The position numbers and the translations under genes are program-made. The notes under the pieces are model-generated. The model ran no database searches. It saw only the letters and a program-made list of their open reading frames with translations, and was not told the DNA's origin. A stretch of DNA of 64,000 nt from a phage, in NCBI GenBank assembly GCA_025829515.1, contig GCA_025829515.1_4865.1; one strand, written 5' to 3'. Below, piece by piece: positions 1-9,008 of the stretch (positions are counted from its first letter, which is position 1; each line of letters starts with the position of its first letter).

Positions 1-25
1 CTATAAAGGCGCGCATCTGAACAAC

Positions 26-427
26 ATGGTGCTAACCCGCGGTGATGAAGTTATCGGTCTGTCTCGTTACGACACGCAAATCGAAAACATCTATCCGGTG
101 TTTGCAGTAGCGATGTTGCGTTTGTTCATGCAGGATAAAGCCGACCTTTGTGGTCAGCTTGCGGGTATGGCGGATCGTGTTGGTCATATTCTGCCGACGC
201 TGGTGAAACTGTACCCAGTTACGATTGACGTGGCGTTTACTACTGTAGACAACAACCACGGTTATATCGTGCTGACCAAAGACGGTAAAGTTATCGCTGG
301 TAATCTGACTGATAACGAAGTGCAGAAGCATATGGACAAATTTGCGTTCATGGTGAATCGCTTGGCGCACGTCAGTGTCAAACATTCTGAAACTTGGACG
401 ACGCTTGTCTCCAAACCTGAACTGTAA
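26..427 (+). CDS. hypothetical protein; frame is open upstream to the window edge, so may be 5'-partial
   Basis: 133-aa ORF ending immediately before a hairpin plus T-run terminator; no stop in frame between position 2 and the ATG. Confidence 0.5.
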   Translation: MVLTRGDEVIGLSRYDTQIENIYPVFAVAMLRLFMQDKADLCGQLAGMADRVGHILPTLVKLYPVTIDVAFTTVDNNHGYIVLTKDGKVIAGNLTDNEVQKHMDKFAFMVNRLAHVSVKHSETWTTLVSKPEL

Positions 428-430
428 TCA

Positions 431-466
431 TTAAGGGGTCTTCGGACCCCTTAATTTTTTGTCTTT
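431..466 (+). terminator. intrinsic terminator
   Basis: aaggggtc-ttcg-gacccctt hairpin followed by a T-run. Confidence 0.75.
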
Positions 467-516
467 TTACGCGTTATCCTCATGTTGTGACAGCATTACC
501 TTTTGAGGGCATTACA

Positions 517-1518
517 ATGAAAACTGTGGCTAAATTGTTCCGCAGCAGCATTCGCTCTGCCGAGTTCCAAAATAACGTCGGTACCGATACTGTACGAGCA
601 CGCCGCCTAAAAGAGTTTCTAAAGGACGAGACTTATTCTGTTTACGTGGTCCGGAATAAAGAAACCTGGGAGGGTTATTTAGTGGCCACCTATCGACACG
701 GTGACCCTACACTAACCTGTCACTATTTTGAGGAGTTTGTACCTGGGGCGTTCGATAAAGTTGGTTTGGCCCTTGTGCTCGACCATACCGGATTCGAATA
801 TATGTCGTGCCCAGCACCTACTGACGATGTTGAACAAAAACTGGTCGAAAAAGGGTTTGTTCTTTCAGATATCGTTTGGGCATGTCATTCTAAACTGTTT
901 GACAAAGTAATCACCGCATCAGAAATCAAGATTATTTCTGGTGATGCATACGCAGAACTTACCAAGGAAGATAAAGACGTTATCCTGAATTTGATTAGCG
1001 GTGCAATTTGCGAAGAGTTAGAGTACGATGTGCGCGGCTACTATACACACATTGGTCCGTTAGCAGAAACAGTAATAGCAAGAATTCAGCACGCTAATGT
1101 GGAGACTGCAATTTGGCGAGACGGTCATGATATCGTCGGTATTGCCCAGATGCGCTTGGTTACACCAGGCGTCGTTGAACTTTCTGGTTTAACCGTTGCA
1201 CCTACGCACCGTAAACGTGGCATTGGTCGCCGGCTAATGGGCGCGCTATTCGATTTCGCACAACGTCATTCCGACCAAGTCTATATTGAAACAGCTGCTG
1301 ATAATAATCCAGCAAATCACCTGTACGGCAACATCTTACGTTGCAAGCAGGTACTGCGTACACTAACGTTGAAACGCGATCCTGAACTTATTAGCTGGAA
1401 ACGGGTGAATGGGAACCGCGCCGATCGAGTGCTGAAAGAAGAACCTAGCATTCCGGTGGAGACTACAACCAGGCTGACTATCAGTGATATGTTTCAATCT
1501 GGCATGAGAGGATGTTAA
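517..1518 (+). CDS. GNAT-family acetyltransferase-like protein
   Basis: start moved to ATG at 517 (gagg SD upstream); C-terminal region has an acetyl-CoA-binding-type motif R-K-R-G-I-G-R-R-L (R/Q-x-x-G-x-G/A). Confidence 0.55.
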   Translation: MKTVAKLFRSSIRSAEFQNNVGTDTVRARRLKEFLKDETYSVYVVRNKETWEGYLVATYRHGDPTLTCHYFEEFVPGAFDKVGLALVLDHTGFEYMSCPAPTDDVEQKLVEKGFVLSDIVWACHSKLFDKVITASEIKIISGDAYAELTKEDKDVILNLISGAICEELEYDVRGYYTHIGPLAETVIARIQHANVETAIWRDGHDIVGIAQMRLVTPGVVELSGLTVAPTHRKRGIGRRLMGALFDFAQRHSDQVYIETAADNNPANHLYGNILRCKQVLRTLTLKRDPELISWKRVNGNRADRVLKEEPSIPVETTTRLTISDMFQSGMRGC

Positions 1519-1521
1519 CGG

Positions 1522-2340
1522 GTGATAAAACCAATTTTAAAATGGATGGGTGGTAAGAGTCGTGTACTGCCCGAGCTGCTACAGGTGTTTCCGGATGCTG
1601 AGTATTTCGTTGAACCTTTTGTGGGCGCAGGGTCAGTGTTTTTAAACACTAAATACCCGAACTATATTCTCGGCGACACGAACCCGGACTTAATCGAGTT
1701 ACTGACCATGGCGCGCGATCGTCCGGAAGCGCTGATTCTGGAAGCAAAGGCGCTCTTTGCAAATGGGACGGACCGCGGTCTCTACATGGAACGGCGCGAG
1801 GGATTTAACAGCGAAGCAACCACGGGGAAACCTAATCTCCAGCGCGCCGCGATGTTCCTGTATCTTACACGTCATGGTTACAATGGTTTGTGCAGATACA
1901 ATCAGTCGGGTGGGTTTAACGTGCCCTATGGTCAACACCCGAACGGTGTCTATTTCCCTGAAGAGGAAATTCTGGCGTGGGCAAAACGTTGTTCGGAAAC
2001 CAACGTCGAGCTGCTCTGCGCGGACTTCCGCGACATCCTAAATAAGTGCCCATCTAACGCTGTGATATACGCCGACCCGCCCTACATCCCACTTTCGGAT
2101 ACGGCTAAACATGCGCAGTATCACAGCAAAGAATTTTCACAAGCTGACCACCGCGAGTTAGCGAAACTTTTAAAACAACAAGCTGCCGATGGCAATAAGG
2201 TCGTTCTGTCAAACGCAGATACGTTACTCACACGTGACATCTACTACGGTTTTACCTGGCGTGAAGTTCAGGTGGGCCGATATATGTCCGCCGATGCGAA
2301 TAAACGTAAAGCGGTGACAGAGCTAATCGGCACCTTATAA
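1522..2340 (+). CDS. dam: DNA adenine methyltransferase, Dam family (GATC-type)
   Basis: GTG start; motifs VEPFVGAGSVFLNT (AdoMet binding), LYLTRHGYNGLCRYN and catalytic DPPY, near-collinear with E. coli Dam. Confidence 0.9.
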   Translation: MIKPILKWMGGKSRVLPELLQVFPDAEYFVEPFVGAGSVFLNTKYPNYILGDTNPDLIELLTMARDRPEALILEAKALFANGTDRGLYMERREGFNSEATTGKPNLQRAAMFLYLTRHGYNGLCRYNQSGGFNVPYGQHPNGVYFPEEEILAWAKRCSETNVELLCADFRDILNKCPSNAVIYADPPYIPLSDTAKHAQYHSKEFSQADHRELAKLLKQQAADGNKVVLSNADTLLTRDIYYGFTWREVQVGRYMSADANKRKAVTELIGTL

Positions 2341-2349
2341 GGTACCAAC

Positions 2350-3153
2350 ATGCAACTATTTAATCTATACGGTATGGACAAAAATGACCTGACCGTAGAG
2401 TTTAGTGGTCGATTGACCACCTTGGGGCAACTCCGTGAACGGATTCAAGATTTGCGACCCGTCGCAGACCAAGAAGACGATCATTGGTTAGTGTTGAGCA
2501 ATAGCGGTCGTGCGCAAATGTATTTTCGTGGATGTCGTTCAGGTATTGTTTACTACATCTACGAGTTGCACGTGCTTTCCGAGCCCCTGTTCCACGAGTG
2601 GAAGCGTTTAACGCGACTCCTGGAAGTGCAGATGCTTGATATCACCTGTTTTCCGCATGACACCGAACATGCGGCATTGTACCAACGTCTGGGGTTCGAA
2701 GCTGTAACGAAGCGTGTGGAGATTACTGTCAGTCCGAAATACGGTTTTACGTCAGACCCATCGGTTGTCCCGTTGGAGACATTGTCATTAGAACAAACCC
2801 AAGATGTTTGCTATCTAATGCGACCTACGCTAAAAGACGCAGGAACGCGTGAGATGTTGGGTGAATTAGCAAATGGTTTTGTCTCTGCGTTCGTGGGGCT
2901 GCACGGCCAGAAACCGTTTTCATTAATGCTTTATAAGGAGTTCCCGAAGAGCATCATTACTGAGCAATTCTGCTGCCAAACTTTTGACCCGGTTGCTTAC
3001 TCGGTAGAGTTTCTAAAACACTACCACGCCATTTTGCATTTGGCGGGACAGAAAGGTAAGAAGGTCAACATGGGCGTTGCGATAGAGCACGAGTTTCCTT
3101 CTATCGAAGGGTTAGAGTATCGTGTAATCACGCATCACTACACCCTTGCGTAA
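2350..3153 (+). CDS. hypothetical protein, possibly GNAT-like fold
   Basis: 267-aa ORF; ALYQRLGFEAV segment resembles a GNAT C-terminal motif; weak. Confidence 0.45.
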   Translation: MQLFNLYGMDKNDLTVEFSGRLTTLGQLRERIQDLRPVADQEDDHWLVLSNSGRAQMYFRGCRSGIVYYIYELHVLSEPLFHEWKRLTRLLEVQMLDITCFPHDTEHAALYQRLGFEAVTKRVEITVSPKYGFTSDPSVVPLETLSLEQTQDVCYLMRPTLKDAGTREMLGELANGFVSAFVGLHGQKPFSLMLYKEFPKSIITEQFCCQTFDPVAYSVEFLKHYHAILHLAGQKGKKVNMGVAIEHEFPSIEGLEYRVITHHYTLA

Positions 3154-3162
3154 GGAGAGAAT

Positions 3163-3975
3163 ATGCTGAGAGTTATCGAACGCACGGAGAGGATTCTGGA
3201 CCGAACGTGGTTGGAAGACCGTAAAGCGTTATCGTTGTTAAACGATATCGATCCTTCCACGTTACAAGATGAACGTCGTCTTTACTACCGAATCTTTGAA
3301 GTTTTCAGTCGGGACACAGTTGCGCCCGACGCGATCGTGCTCTGTCTGGACCACGGATACATGTTAGAAGTTATCAACATGGTTCGTGCTTTAGACGCCC
3401 AGTTAACCTCGCTTGCGGATGCTTTACTCCGCTCAGCGGGGTGTAACTACGCGATGCATTTTACTCGTTCGGAAGGGGACGAATATGCTCGCATGGGCTT
3501 TTGTTGCGAAACGATAAACTACCGCAAAATTAATACATCGGTGCCAAGTCACGATGAGGATTTCTGTGGGGATGTCAGTTCGCTGTTCGATAGTAAGAAA
3601 GCGTTCTTGGATTGGGTTAGAATGCTTTACGGTACAAGCTCTATCTACTCAACGCTCGTCATGGGCGGGAGGATGATGTCATGGCGGAGCAGCGATAGTT
3701 ACAAACTGACAGTGCTCTCACATCGTGGACAACGCTGGGTTATTGGTGGATGGTTTACCGCAGAAGGGGTGGTTACCCTAAGCCGTGAGGAGTTCGGACT
3801 GTTGATGCACTGTATCCAGTCTGAATTACCGGTGGGGGATGAATTAGTTTACACTTACCACCAATATACTGGGGGACCAGCCGCAATGTGGTTATTAGAA
3901 AACGGTTGGCTACCCGAAAGTTATGTGTACGGACGTGCCCTGAAAACTACTAATGGAGAAAATAATGCAAATTAA
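3163..3975 (+). CDS. hypothetical protein
   Basis: 270-aa ORF with aaggagag SD. Confidence 0.55.
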   Translation: MLRVIERTERILDRTWLEDRKALSLLNDIDPSTLQDERRLYYRIFEVFSRDTVAPDAIVLCLDHGYMLEVINMVRALDAQLTSLADALLRSAGCNYAMHFTRSEGDEYARMGFCCETINYRKINTSVPSHDEDFCGDVSSLFDSKKAFLDWVRMLYGTSSIYSTLVMGGRMMSWRSSDSYKLTVLSHRGQRWVIGGWFTAEGVVTLSREEFGLLMHCIQSELPVGDELVYTYHQYTGGPAAMWLLENGWLPESYVYGRALKTTNGENNAN

Positions 3976-4243
3976 TCGTACAGTGTCGAAGTCTAAAGAA
4001 GTCGTTTACAACGTTGAGGACGGCGACGTAATGCAGTTCCGTGCCGTTATTGACGAACAGCACGTACTCCAAGTTGTTTATTCGAAAGAAGAGATGACTC
4101 GTGCACATAGTCGCGTGTTGGAAAAGCTCGTCGCGAAAGCCAAACAACGCGACGGCATTAAATCCTACAACGTTATGTACGGTTATCAGTTACGTGAGGT
4201 GGAAGGGGAGCTGTTAATCACCCCTGTTCCGGTAACGGCGTAA
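3965..4243 (+). CDS. hypothetical protein
   Basis: start moved to ATG at 3965 (ggag SD 7 nt upstream); 92 aa. Confidence 0.45.
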   Translation: MQINRTVSKSKEVVYNVEDGDVMQFRAVIDEQHVLQVVYSKEEMTRAHSRVLEKLVAKAKQRDGIKSYNVMYGYQLREVEGELLITPVPVTA

Positions 4244-4283
4244 TTCGCCATTGTATGACCCTTAAACACCGTTGAGGTTAACT

Positions 4284-4766
4284 ATGGATATGATCGAATT
4301 AGGTCAGCTCCCTCAGCACGATTTCGATTTAGGCGTGCGCCATGAGGAAGGGGCCGACGCGAACACACTAATGGCCCGCTACTACGAGCTACTGACCGGT
4401 CAACCGTTGGACGATGAACACATCAACCGTTTTGAAAAACTGTTGGCACAACTCATCACCTCTAACGCAGAACGCATTGGCATGTTGAACGAAATGAACT
4501 TTGCCGATGTAGAGCCGTCTGACGCTCAGAAGATTCTTATCGATGGCCCTGTGCCAAGCGATGAAGTACAAGACCTTCTGGCAGGTATCCGTGCAGGCTT
4601 CGATGAAGCTGCTGAGAAATACGCGGAAGAGCTGGCAGATGTCGATTTGGCTGCGCCGGTTGACCCGAATCCATCTGCAGAGGAGACTGCAGCTGCGAAA
4701 TTGAAACTCGCACGCTTTATCTGTGCTGCTGTCTTGACAGACGACCGTGAAGAAAACCAACTGTAA
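4284..4766 (+). CDS. hypothetical acidic protein
   Basis: track start is TTG; ATG at 4284 has a gagg SD; followed by a terminator. Confidence 0.5.
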   Translation: MDMIELGQLPQHDFDLGVRHEEGADANTLMARYYELLTGQPLDDEHINRFEKLLAQLITSNAERIGMLNEMNFADVEPSDAQKILIDGPVPSDEVQDLLAGIRAGFDEAAEKYAEELADVDLAAPVDPNPSAEETAAAKLKLARFICAAVLTDDREENQL

Positions 4767-4810
4767 GGCCCGCCTCCTTGCCCACGGGTGAGGAGGTCCC
4801 TTTTTATTTA
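4767..4810 (+). terminator. intrinsic terminator
   Basis: cctcc...ggagg hairpin followed by tcccttttta ttt. Confidence 0.6.
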
Positions 4811-4862
4811 CATCAGTCCACTAACTTATGTGAAACAACCCACGTAATGAGGAATTAAGAGA

Positions 4863-5180
4863 ATGTGGTTAAGTGCTATTCATCGTGACCTGCCAAAACG
4901 TGAAGTGACTCTTTCTGTCGATGCGGAACCGATTACCGTTGGTGTCGCTAACTTCGACCGTATGGAAGAAGGGCAGTATGTCGTGGTGGACAACGATGAA
5001 AACGAATTCATGTTATTCCATCCCGAAGTTGATGCGTCTGAAATCCGCGAGGGTTCTATCTTGTTTTCTTGGCAAGACAAAGAAACTAAACAGTGGATGT
5101 GGTGCGTTGCTAACACAACCAATGAAAAAGGTACCGCGTATGCCCCAGGACAGCTTCATGTCGAACCTAAACCCCATTGA
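4863..5180 (+). CDS. hypothetical protein
   Basis: 105-aa ORF with gagg SD. Confidence 0.45.
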   Translation: MWLSAIHRDLPKREVTLSVDAEPITVGVANFDRMEEGQYVVVDNDENEFMLFHPEVDASEIREGSILFSWQDKETKQWMWCVANTTNEKGTAYAPGQLHVEPKPH

Positions 5181-5472
5181 GCCCACACTGACGCACCAGG
5201 AACTGCACGTCCGTTTTATTCGGGCGTTCACACCCCCGTTAGGTGGTGAGGTACACGATCGTTCCGTGGTTGCAGAAGTTAAAGGTATCGGCGAAGAACT
5301 AATGACACTGTCTAATATTGTGACGGGTGTTGAGTTCACGTTACCGTTAAACGTATTTCGGTTTATTCCGCGCGTAAACGAAACGCTGCTCATCGACCGT
5401 GTACATCATCGGATTATGGCGCAGGTACATCCTAGCCGTAAAGAGTATGTGCGCTTAGAGATGATGGTCTAA
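5140..5472 (+). CDS. hypothetical protein
   Basis: trimmed from the 183-aa track ORF to an internal ATG with aaaagg SD; overlaps the upstream gene by about 40 nt. Confidence 0.35.
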   Translation: MPQDSFMSNLNPIEPTLTHQELHVRFIRAFTPPLGGEVHDRSVVAEVKGIGEELMTLSNIVTGVEFTLPLNVFRFIPRVNETLLIDRVHHRIMAQVHPSRKEYVRLEMMV

Positions 5473-5480
5473 CGCACGAC

Positions 5481-5510
5481 TTTTCAGATAGATGTTATTT
5501 TACTGAACCT
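5481..5510 (+). promoter_or_regulatory. conserved intergenic motif copy 1 (TTTCAGATAGATGTTAT-n3-ACTGAACCT)
   Basis: near-identical copies at 13885-13914 and 17652-17682, each just upstream of a gene. Confidence 0.5.
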
Positions 5511-5534
5511 AACTGTAAAGAAAGGAAAAAGTAG

Positions 5535-5840
5535 ATGGCTAAACAATACACAATTGTTAAACGCGCAGGTACGACTCTGCTGTACGTGGAGAAAGGTTGT
5601 GAGAACACTGCAACCGCCAAGAAACTGAACCTGCAAGGGTTTCTGTATCAAGGTCTCCGCGCGGGTTTGACCATCACTTTCAAAGGCTTACCACAGGCGA
5701 AGAATCTGCGCGTCGTGCGTGCAGACGGTGTAGAGCGTGCCTTGGTAGCCGACACCCCGGTTGATACTATCCCTGCCACTAAGAAGGCAGCGAAAGCAAC
5801 CAAGAAAGTCGTCGATAAACGCAAACGCGCTGTCGCTTAA
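5535..5840 (+). CDS. small basic protein with Lys/Ala-rich C-terminal tail; possible nucleic-acid-binding protein
   Basis: 101 aa; aaagaaaggaaaaag SD; C-terminus ATKKAAKATKKVVDKRKRAVA; flanked by the conserved motif and a strong terminator. Confidence 0.6.
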   Translation: MAKQYTIVKRAGTTLLYVEKGCENTATAKKLNLQGFLYQGLRAGLTITFKGLPQAKNLRVVRADGVERALVADTPVDTIPATKKAAKATKKVVDKRKRAVA

Positions 5841-5842
5841 GT

Positions 5843-5888
5843 AGTCCCCTACCTAACTTCGGTTAGGTAGGGCTCTTTTTATTTTTAA
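5843..5888 (+). terminator. intrinsic terminator
   Basis: cccctacctaac-ttcg-gttaggtaggg perfect hairpin followed by ctctttttattttt. Confidence 0.85.
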
Positions 5889-5906
5889 CCCTCTGGGGGA
5901 TATACC

Positions 5907-6359
5907 ATGTTTCAATGTTCAGTCGTCAATGATGCGGAATTGGCCGTGTACAAGCAGCGCACAATCCGGGCGCTGGATGCTGAAAAACCAGTCGATGTTA
6001 AAACGCGTGCAATCATTAGGGCATTTAGCGAATGGCCGAATATCGCAACCGTTTGGGCATTCACGGGAGAAGTTCGCAAAGACGGAGACAAGCTTCGTAC
6101 ACGTAGACACCACAGCTTAACATTTGTGGCAACCGAGGCGGGTCTTAAAGACATTAATCATTTATTAGAAGGATGGCAGCCGCACGAATACGGGAAACGT
6201 TTTCAGTTAAACTTTACTTGGCTGCGTCAAGAAGGCAACGCGAATCTCTGTTATCCAAGCTGGACGTTTAGACTCAACTATCGACCTGACCCAGATGTGA
6301 TGGAAAGAGTGATGGAGCACTGGCTCGCACTCGCAATTTTTACAGAACACAACCATTAA
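5907..6359 (+). CDS. hypothetical protein
   Basis: 150-aa ORF with ggggga SD. Confidence 0.5.
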   Translation: MFQCSVVNDAELAVYKQRTIRALDAEKPVDVKTRAIIRAFSEWPNIATVWAFTGEVRKDGDKLRTRRHHSLTFVATEAGLKDINHLLEGWQPHEYGKRFQLNFTWLRQEGNANLCYPSWTFRLNYRPDPDVMERVMEHWLALAIFTEHNH

Positions 6360-6387
6360 ATGAAGACACCCTTAAGGAGAATTAAAG

Positions 6388-6858
6388 ATGCCAGTTTTAT
6401 ACGGTGGTGTGGATCTGAAAGTTTTGGATCGGTTTAAACTACGGGCATCCGAAGCGCTCGTAAACGGTTGGGTCGAGCGTGGGGTACGGGATGCGTGTGA
6501 AGTTATTTGCCGTTACCCCGGCGCGACGACAATGTGGTCATGTCATGGACACGGACCATATTCTAAAAAGAACTCGCCAGGGGAGTTCCATGTAGTGTTT
6601 GTTCTTGGTGTTGGCTTTGAGCACAAAGCGCATGAGCTAGTTGCTGAGTTAATGAAAGCGGATATTCCACCGTTGTGGGATTTATCCATGGCGAGACTCA
6701 TGTACCCTGATGATGATTTCGTTTATGACCTCAGCGAAATCACCCTGAAAAACACGTATAACGCGTGGAAGATAACGTATCGTTATCTGCACACCGAACA
6801 ATCCCTTCGTGAAATTCGTAAAGTATTCCACACAGTTTGCAAAAAGGTTTTTAACTAA
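6388..6858 (+). CDS. hypothetical protein
   Basis: 156-aa ORF with taaggaga SD. Confidence 0.55.
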   Translation: MPVLYGGVDLKVLDRFKLRASEALVNGWVERGVRDACEVICRYPGATTMWSCHGHGPYSKKNSPGEFHVVFVLGVGFEHKAHELVAELMKADIPPLWDLSMARLMYPDDDFVYDLSEITLKNTYNAWKITYRYLHTEQSLREIRKVFHTVCKKVFN

Positions 6859-7556
6859 TGGCTAAGCAAAAGAAACCCCGTAACAAAAAGTATAACCCGA
6901 AAGTTGCCACAGAACGTACGGCACACACCGTCGCTGAAAACGCTCTGAATCGTATCACGTTTATCGGCAGTTCGATTCGTCGCCTCGGGCCGTACGCGGG
7001 CCGTGGTTTTCACTTTACGGCAAGTCCTCGTATTCGTGCTATCGCCACAGATATGTTAGTCGGTGGGCTGTTCGACCAACCGCGACCATGGCATCTTTGG
7101 GTGATGCACCTCACTGAACTCGACACCGGTGAAATTGTAACAGAAACCGCAGTTGCCACACTCGACGATTATACTTTGGCGGACTTCTGTGAACACGCTG
7201 AGAAGTTAGTTAAATCGTTACGCCCTGAACAGGAAGAGGGGAAGTATTTCGGTTATGCATTTGTGGCCGCCCCGAACGAGCGGTACGACTTCAAAGCGGA
7301 AGAAGACCAACTCATTGAAAACTTCATGCATTCTGGACTACTTGATACGTCGTTACATCTGTCGGAAGAGCAACAGTTCGTTAGTCGTGCAGAAATGGCC
7401 AACCTGCTCGTTGGTTATACTCGGAAGTTTGACGTGACCGTTGAACATGTCAAAGAAGTACCAGAGATTGTGAGCAAGAAAGACGAGGTGGTGCTTCCGG
7501 TTGACGAGGTTGTCAGTAAAGTAGCGACTGCGATAGGGGCAACGGGGGATTACTGA
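6858..7556 (+). CDS. hypothetical protein
   Basis: 232-aa ORF; start overlaps the upstream stop (coupled). Confidence 0.5.
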   Translation: MAKQKKPRNKKYNPKVATERTAHTVAENALNRITFIGSSIRRLGPYAGRGFHFTASPRIRAIATDMLVGGLFDQPRPWHLWVMHLTELDTGEIVTETAVATLDDYTLADFCEHAEKLVKSLRPEQEEGKYFGYAFVAAPNERYDFKAEEDQLIENFMHSGLLDTSLHLSEEQQFVSRAEMANLLVGYTRKFDVTVEHVKEVPEIVSKKDEVVLPVDEVVSKVATAIGATGDY

Positions 7557-7765
7557 TGAATCTACGTTGGCCGATCGTGGCTGCTGTGTTGTTTTGTATT
7601 TATATCGCCATCAGCACCAGTACCCGCACTGCAGAACGTCGCGAGACCGCAACCAGTACGTTCAGAATGTGCATTGACCGCATAGACCCGAACAGCACCA
7701 CTTATCCTGACGCGGTGAATGCGTGCCGTAAAGCAGTTGCTGAGATATTGAAAGAGGAAAATTAA
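7556..7765 (+). CDS. small putative membrane protein
   Basis: 69 aa; hydrophobic N-terminal segment WPIVAAVLFCIYIAIST; start overlaps upstream stop. Confidence 0.4.
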   Translation: MNLRWPIVAAVLFCIYIAISTSTRTAERRETATSTFRMCIDRIDPNSTTYPDAVNACRKAVAEILKEEN

Positions 7766-7992
7766 TGGAAAACCTCACACCGATTGAGATAGTGTCGCCA
7801 TTCGACCGTTACGTATATGGACAAACGCAAGCAAAGAAAATGCTGGCGATTGCGCTACGTAATCGATATCGTGCCAACAAACTCAACGTAGTGGACCGTA
7901 TGTCGGTCCACAAACAGAACCTTTTAATAGAAGGTCCAACAGGCACGGGTAAAATGGCGCTGATGCGTGAAGAAAAACAGAAACAAAAGTGA
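7765..7992 (+). CDS. HslU (ClpY)-like AAA+ ATPase N-terminal fragment, 75 aa
   Basis: TPIEIVSPFDRYVYGQTQAKKMLAIALRNRYRANKL...NLLIEGPTGTGK is collinear with the E. coli HslU N-terminus through Walker A; own aagagga SD; ends in a Lys-rich tail. Confidence 0.7.
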   Translation: MENLTPIEIVSPFDRYVYGQTQAKKMLAIALRNRYRANKLNVVDRMSVHKQNLLIEGPTGTGKMALMREEKQKQK

Positions 7993-8000
7993 GGTAAAGG

Positions 8001-9008
8001 ATGGCGAAGCTCGTTTCGTTTTCAGCAGGGTTGGATTCCACCTGGATAATGTATCAGCTGCTATGCAAAGCACCGGCCAATGAAGCACGACATGTCCGTC
8101 CTGCGTATTTCTCCATGTGGAATGGAGGTAACGCGAACTTCATGGAAATTCTTTGTAGCGTGGCCATTGTTGAACGGTTGATGGATAGACACCATGCACA
8201 AACCGATCATGTTACATGGGCGGTGCTCGGGGAAGAGAACTTCCCGCCTGTCGTTAGCGCTGGATATGCTAACGGCTGGTCGCCTCTGGTTCAGCAGGGC
8301 AATGTTGTTAACGGTCTCGCTAAACTGATGTGTGGTATTACGCGCAAACAGCACCACGCCTATGCAGTTGTTGGTTGGAATAAGCTAGATGCGTTGGAGA
8401 ATAGTCTAGAGCTGGGAGATTGGACATTAGACGAGTACGCTCGCTTAAAGAACCTCTATAGCGAATTGATGTATTTCCAAGATCATGCCGGTCGCGTTCC
8501 ACCGCTTCTAACACCTGCGTGGGATAAAGAGAAACTGGAAATGTGGCAGGAGTTGCCGGAAGATATTCGTAGGTTGGTACAGGTCAGTAACTACAACAAC
8601 TACGAATTCGCGATAGACCGTGAGAATAACGTGCTCATCGTTTATGCCAATCCGTCAGCAAAGTCGCAGAATTATCGTAGTCTTGGTATTACACCGTCAG
8701 TGGGATGGGAGATTAAAATCAACGATGCTTACAGACGGGTATGGTGTTCTGCTCTTGGTAGTGCTATTTCTGCTATGGGTTTGGACGTGCCGGCTTTTGC
8801 TAACTTTAAGGACACGGAAAGAAACCACACGACCTTTACGGTAAGTGAAGATACTGACCGGTTATGTATCACATCGTTTACCGCGGAAGAGTGGTGCGAG
8901 TATGCGCCACATTTTAAAGCGCTTCAGGAGAAAGAAAAAGAGATAGCGAAAAATGCCAAAGCAAGTAAAGCTGTGGACGCTCCAACTGGCGAAGTGGCGG
9001 ATAGCTGA
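8001..9008 (+). CDS. PP-loop-like (adenine nucleotide alpha-hydrolase superfamily) protein, function unknown
   Basis: N-terminal VSFSAGLDST resembles the SGGxDS PP-loop ATP-pyrophosphatase motif; gaggtaaagg SD. Confidence 0.45.
   Translation: MAKLVSFSAGLDSTWIMYQLLCKAPANEARHVRPAYFSMWNGGNANFMEILCSVAIVERLMDRHHAQTDHVTWAVLGEENFPPVVSAGYANGWSPLVQQGNVVNGLAKLMCGITRKQHHAYAVVGWNKLDALENSLELGDWTLDEYARLKNLYSELMYFQDHAGRVPPLLTPAWDKEKLEMWQELPEDIRRLVQVSNYNNYEFAIDRENNVLIVYANPSAKSQNYRSLGITPSVGWEIKINDAYRRVWCSALGSAISAMGLDVPAFANFKDTERNHTTFTVSEDTDRLCITSFTAEEWCEYAPHFKALQEKEKEIAKNAKASKAVDAPTGEVADS

Noticed and set aside
4921-5472. Full 183-aa track ORF
   Set aside because: The 5' two-thirds overlap gene 4863-5180 in another frame; only the 3' part from an internal ATG with an SD was kept.
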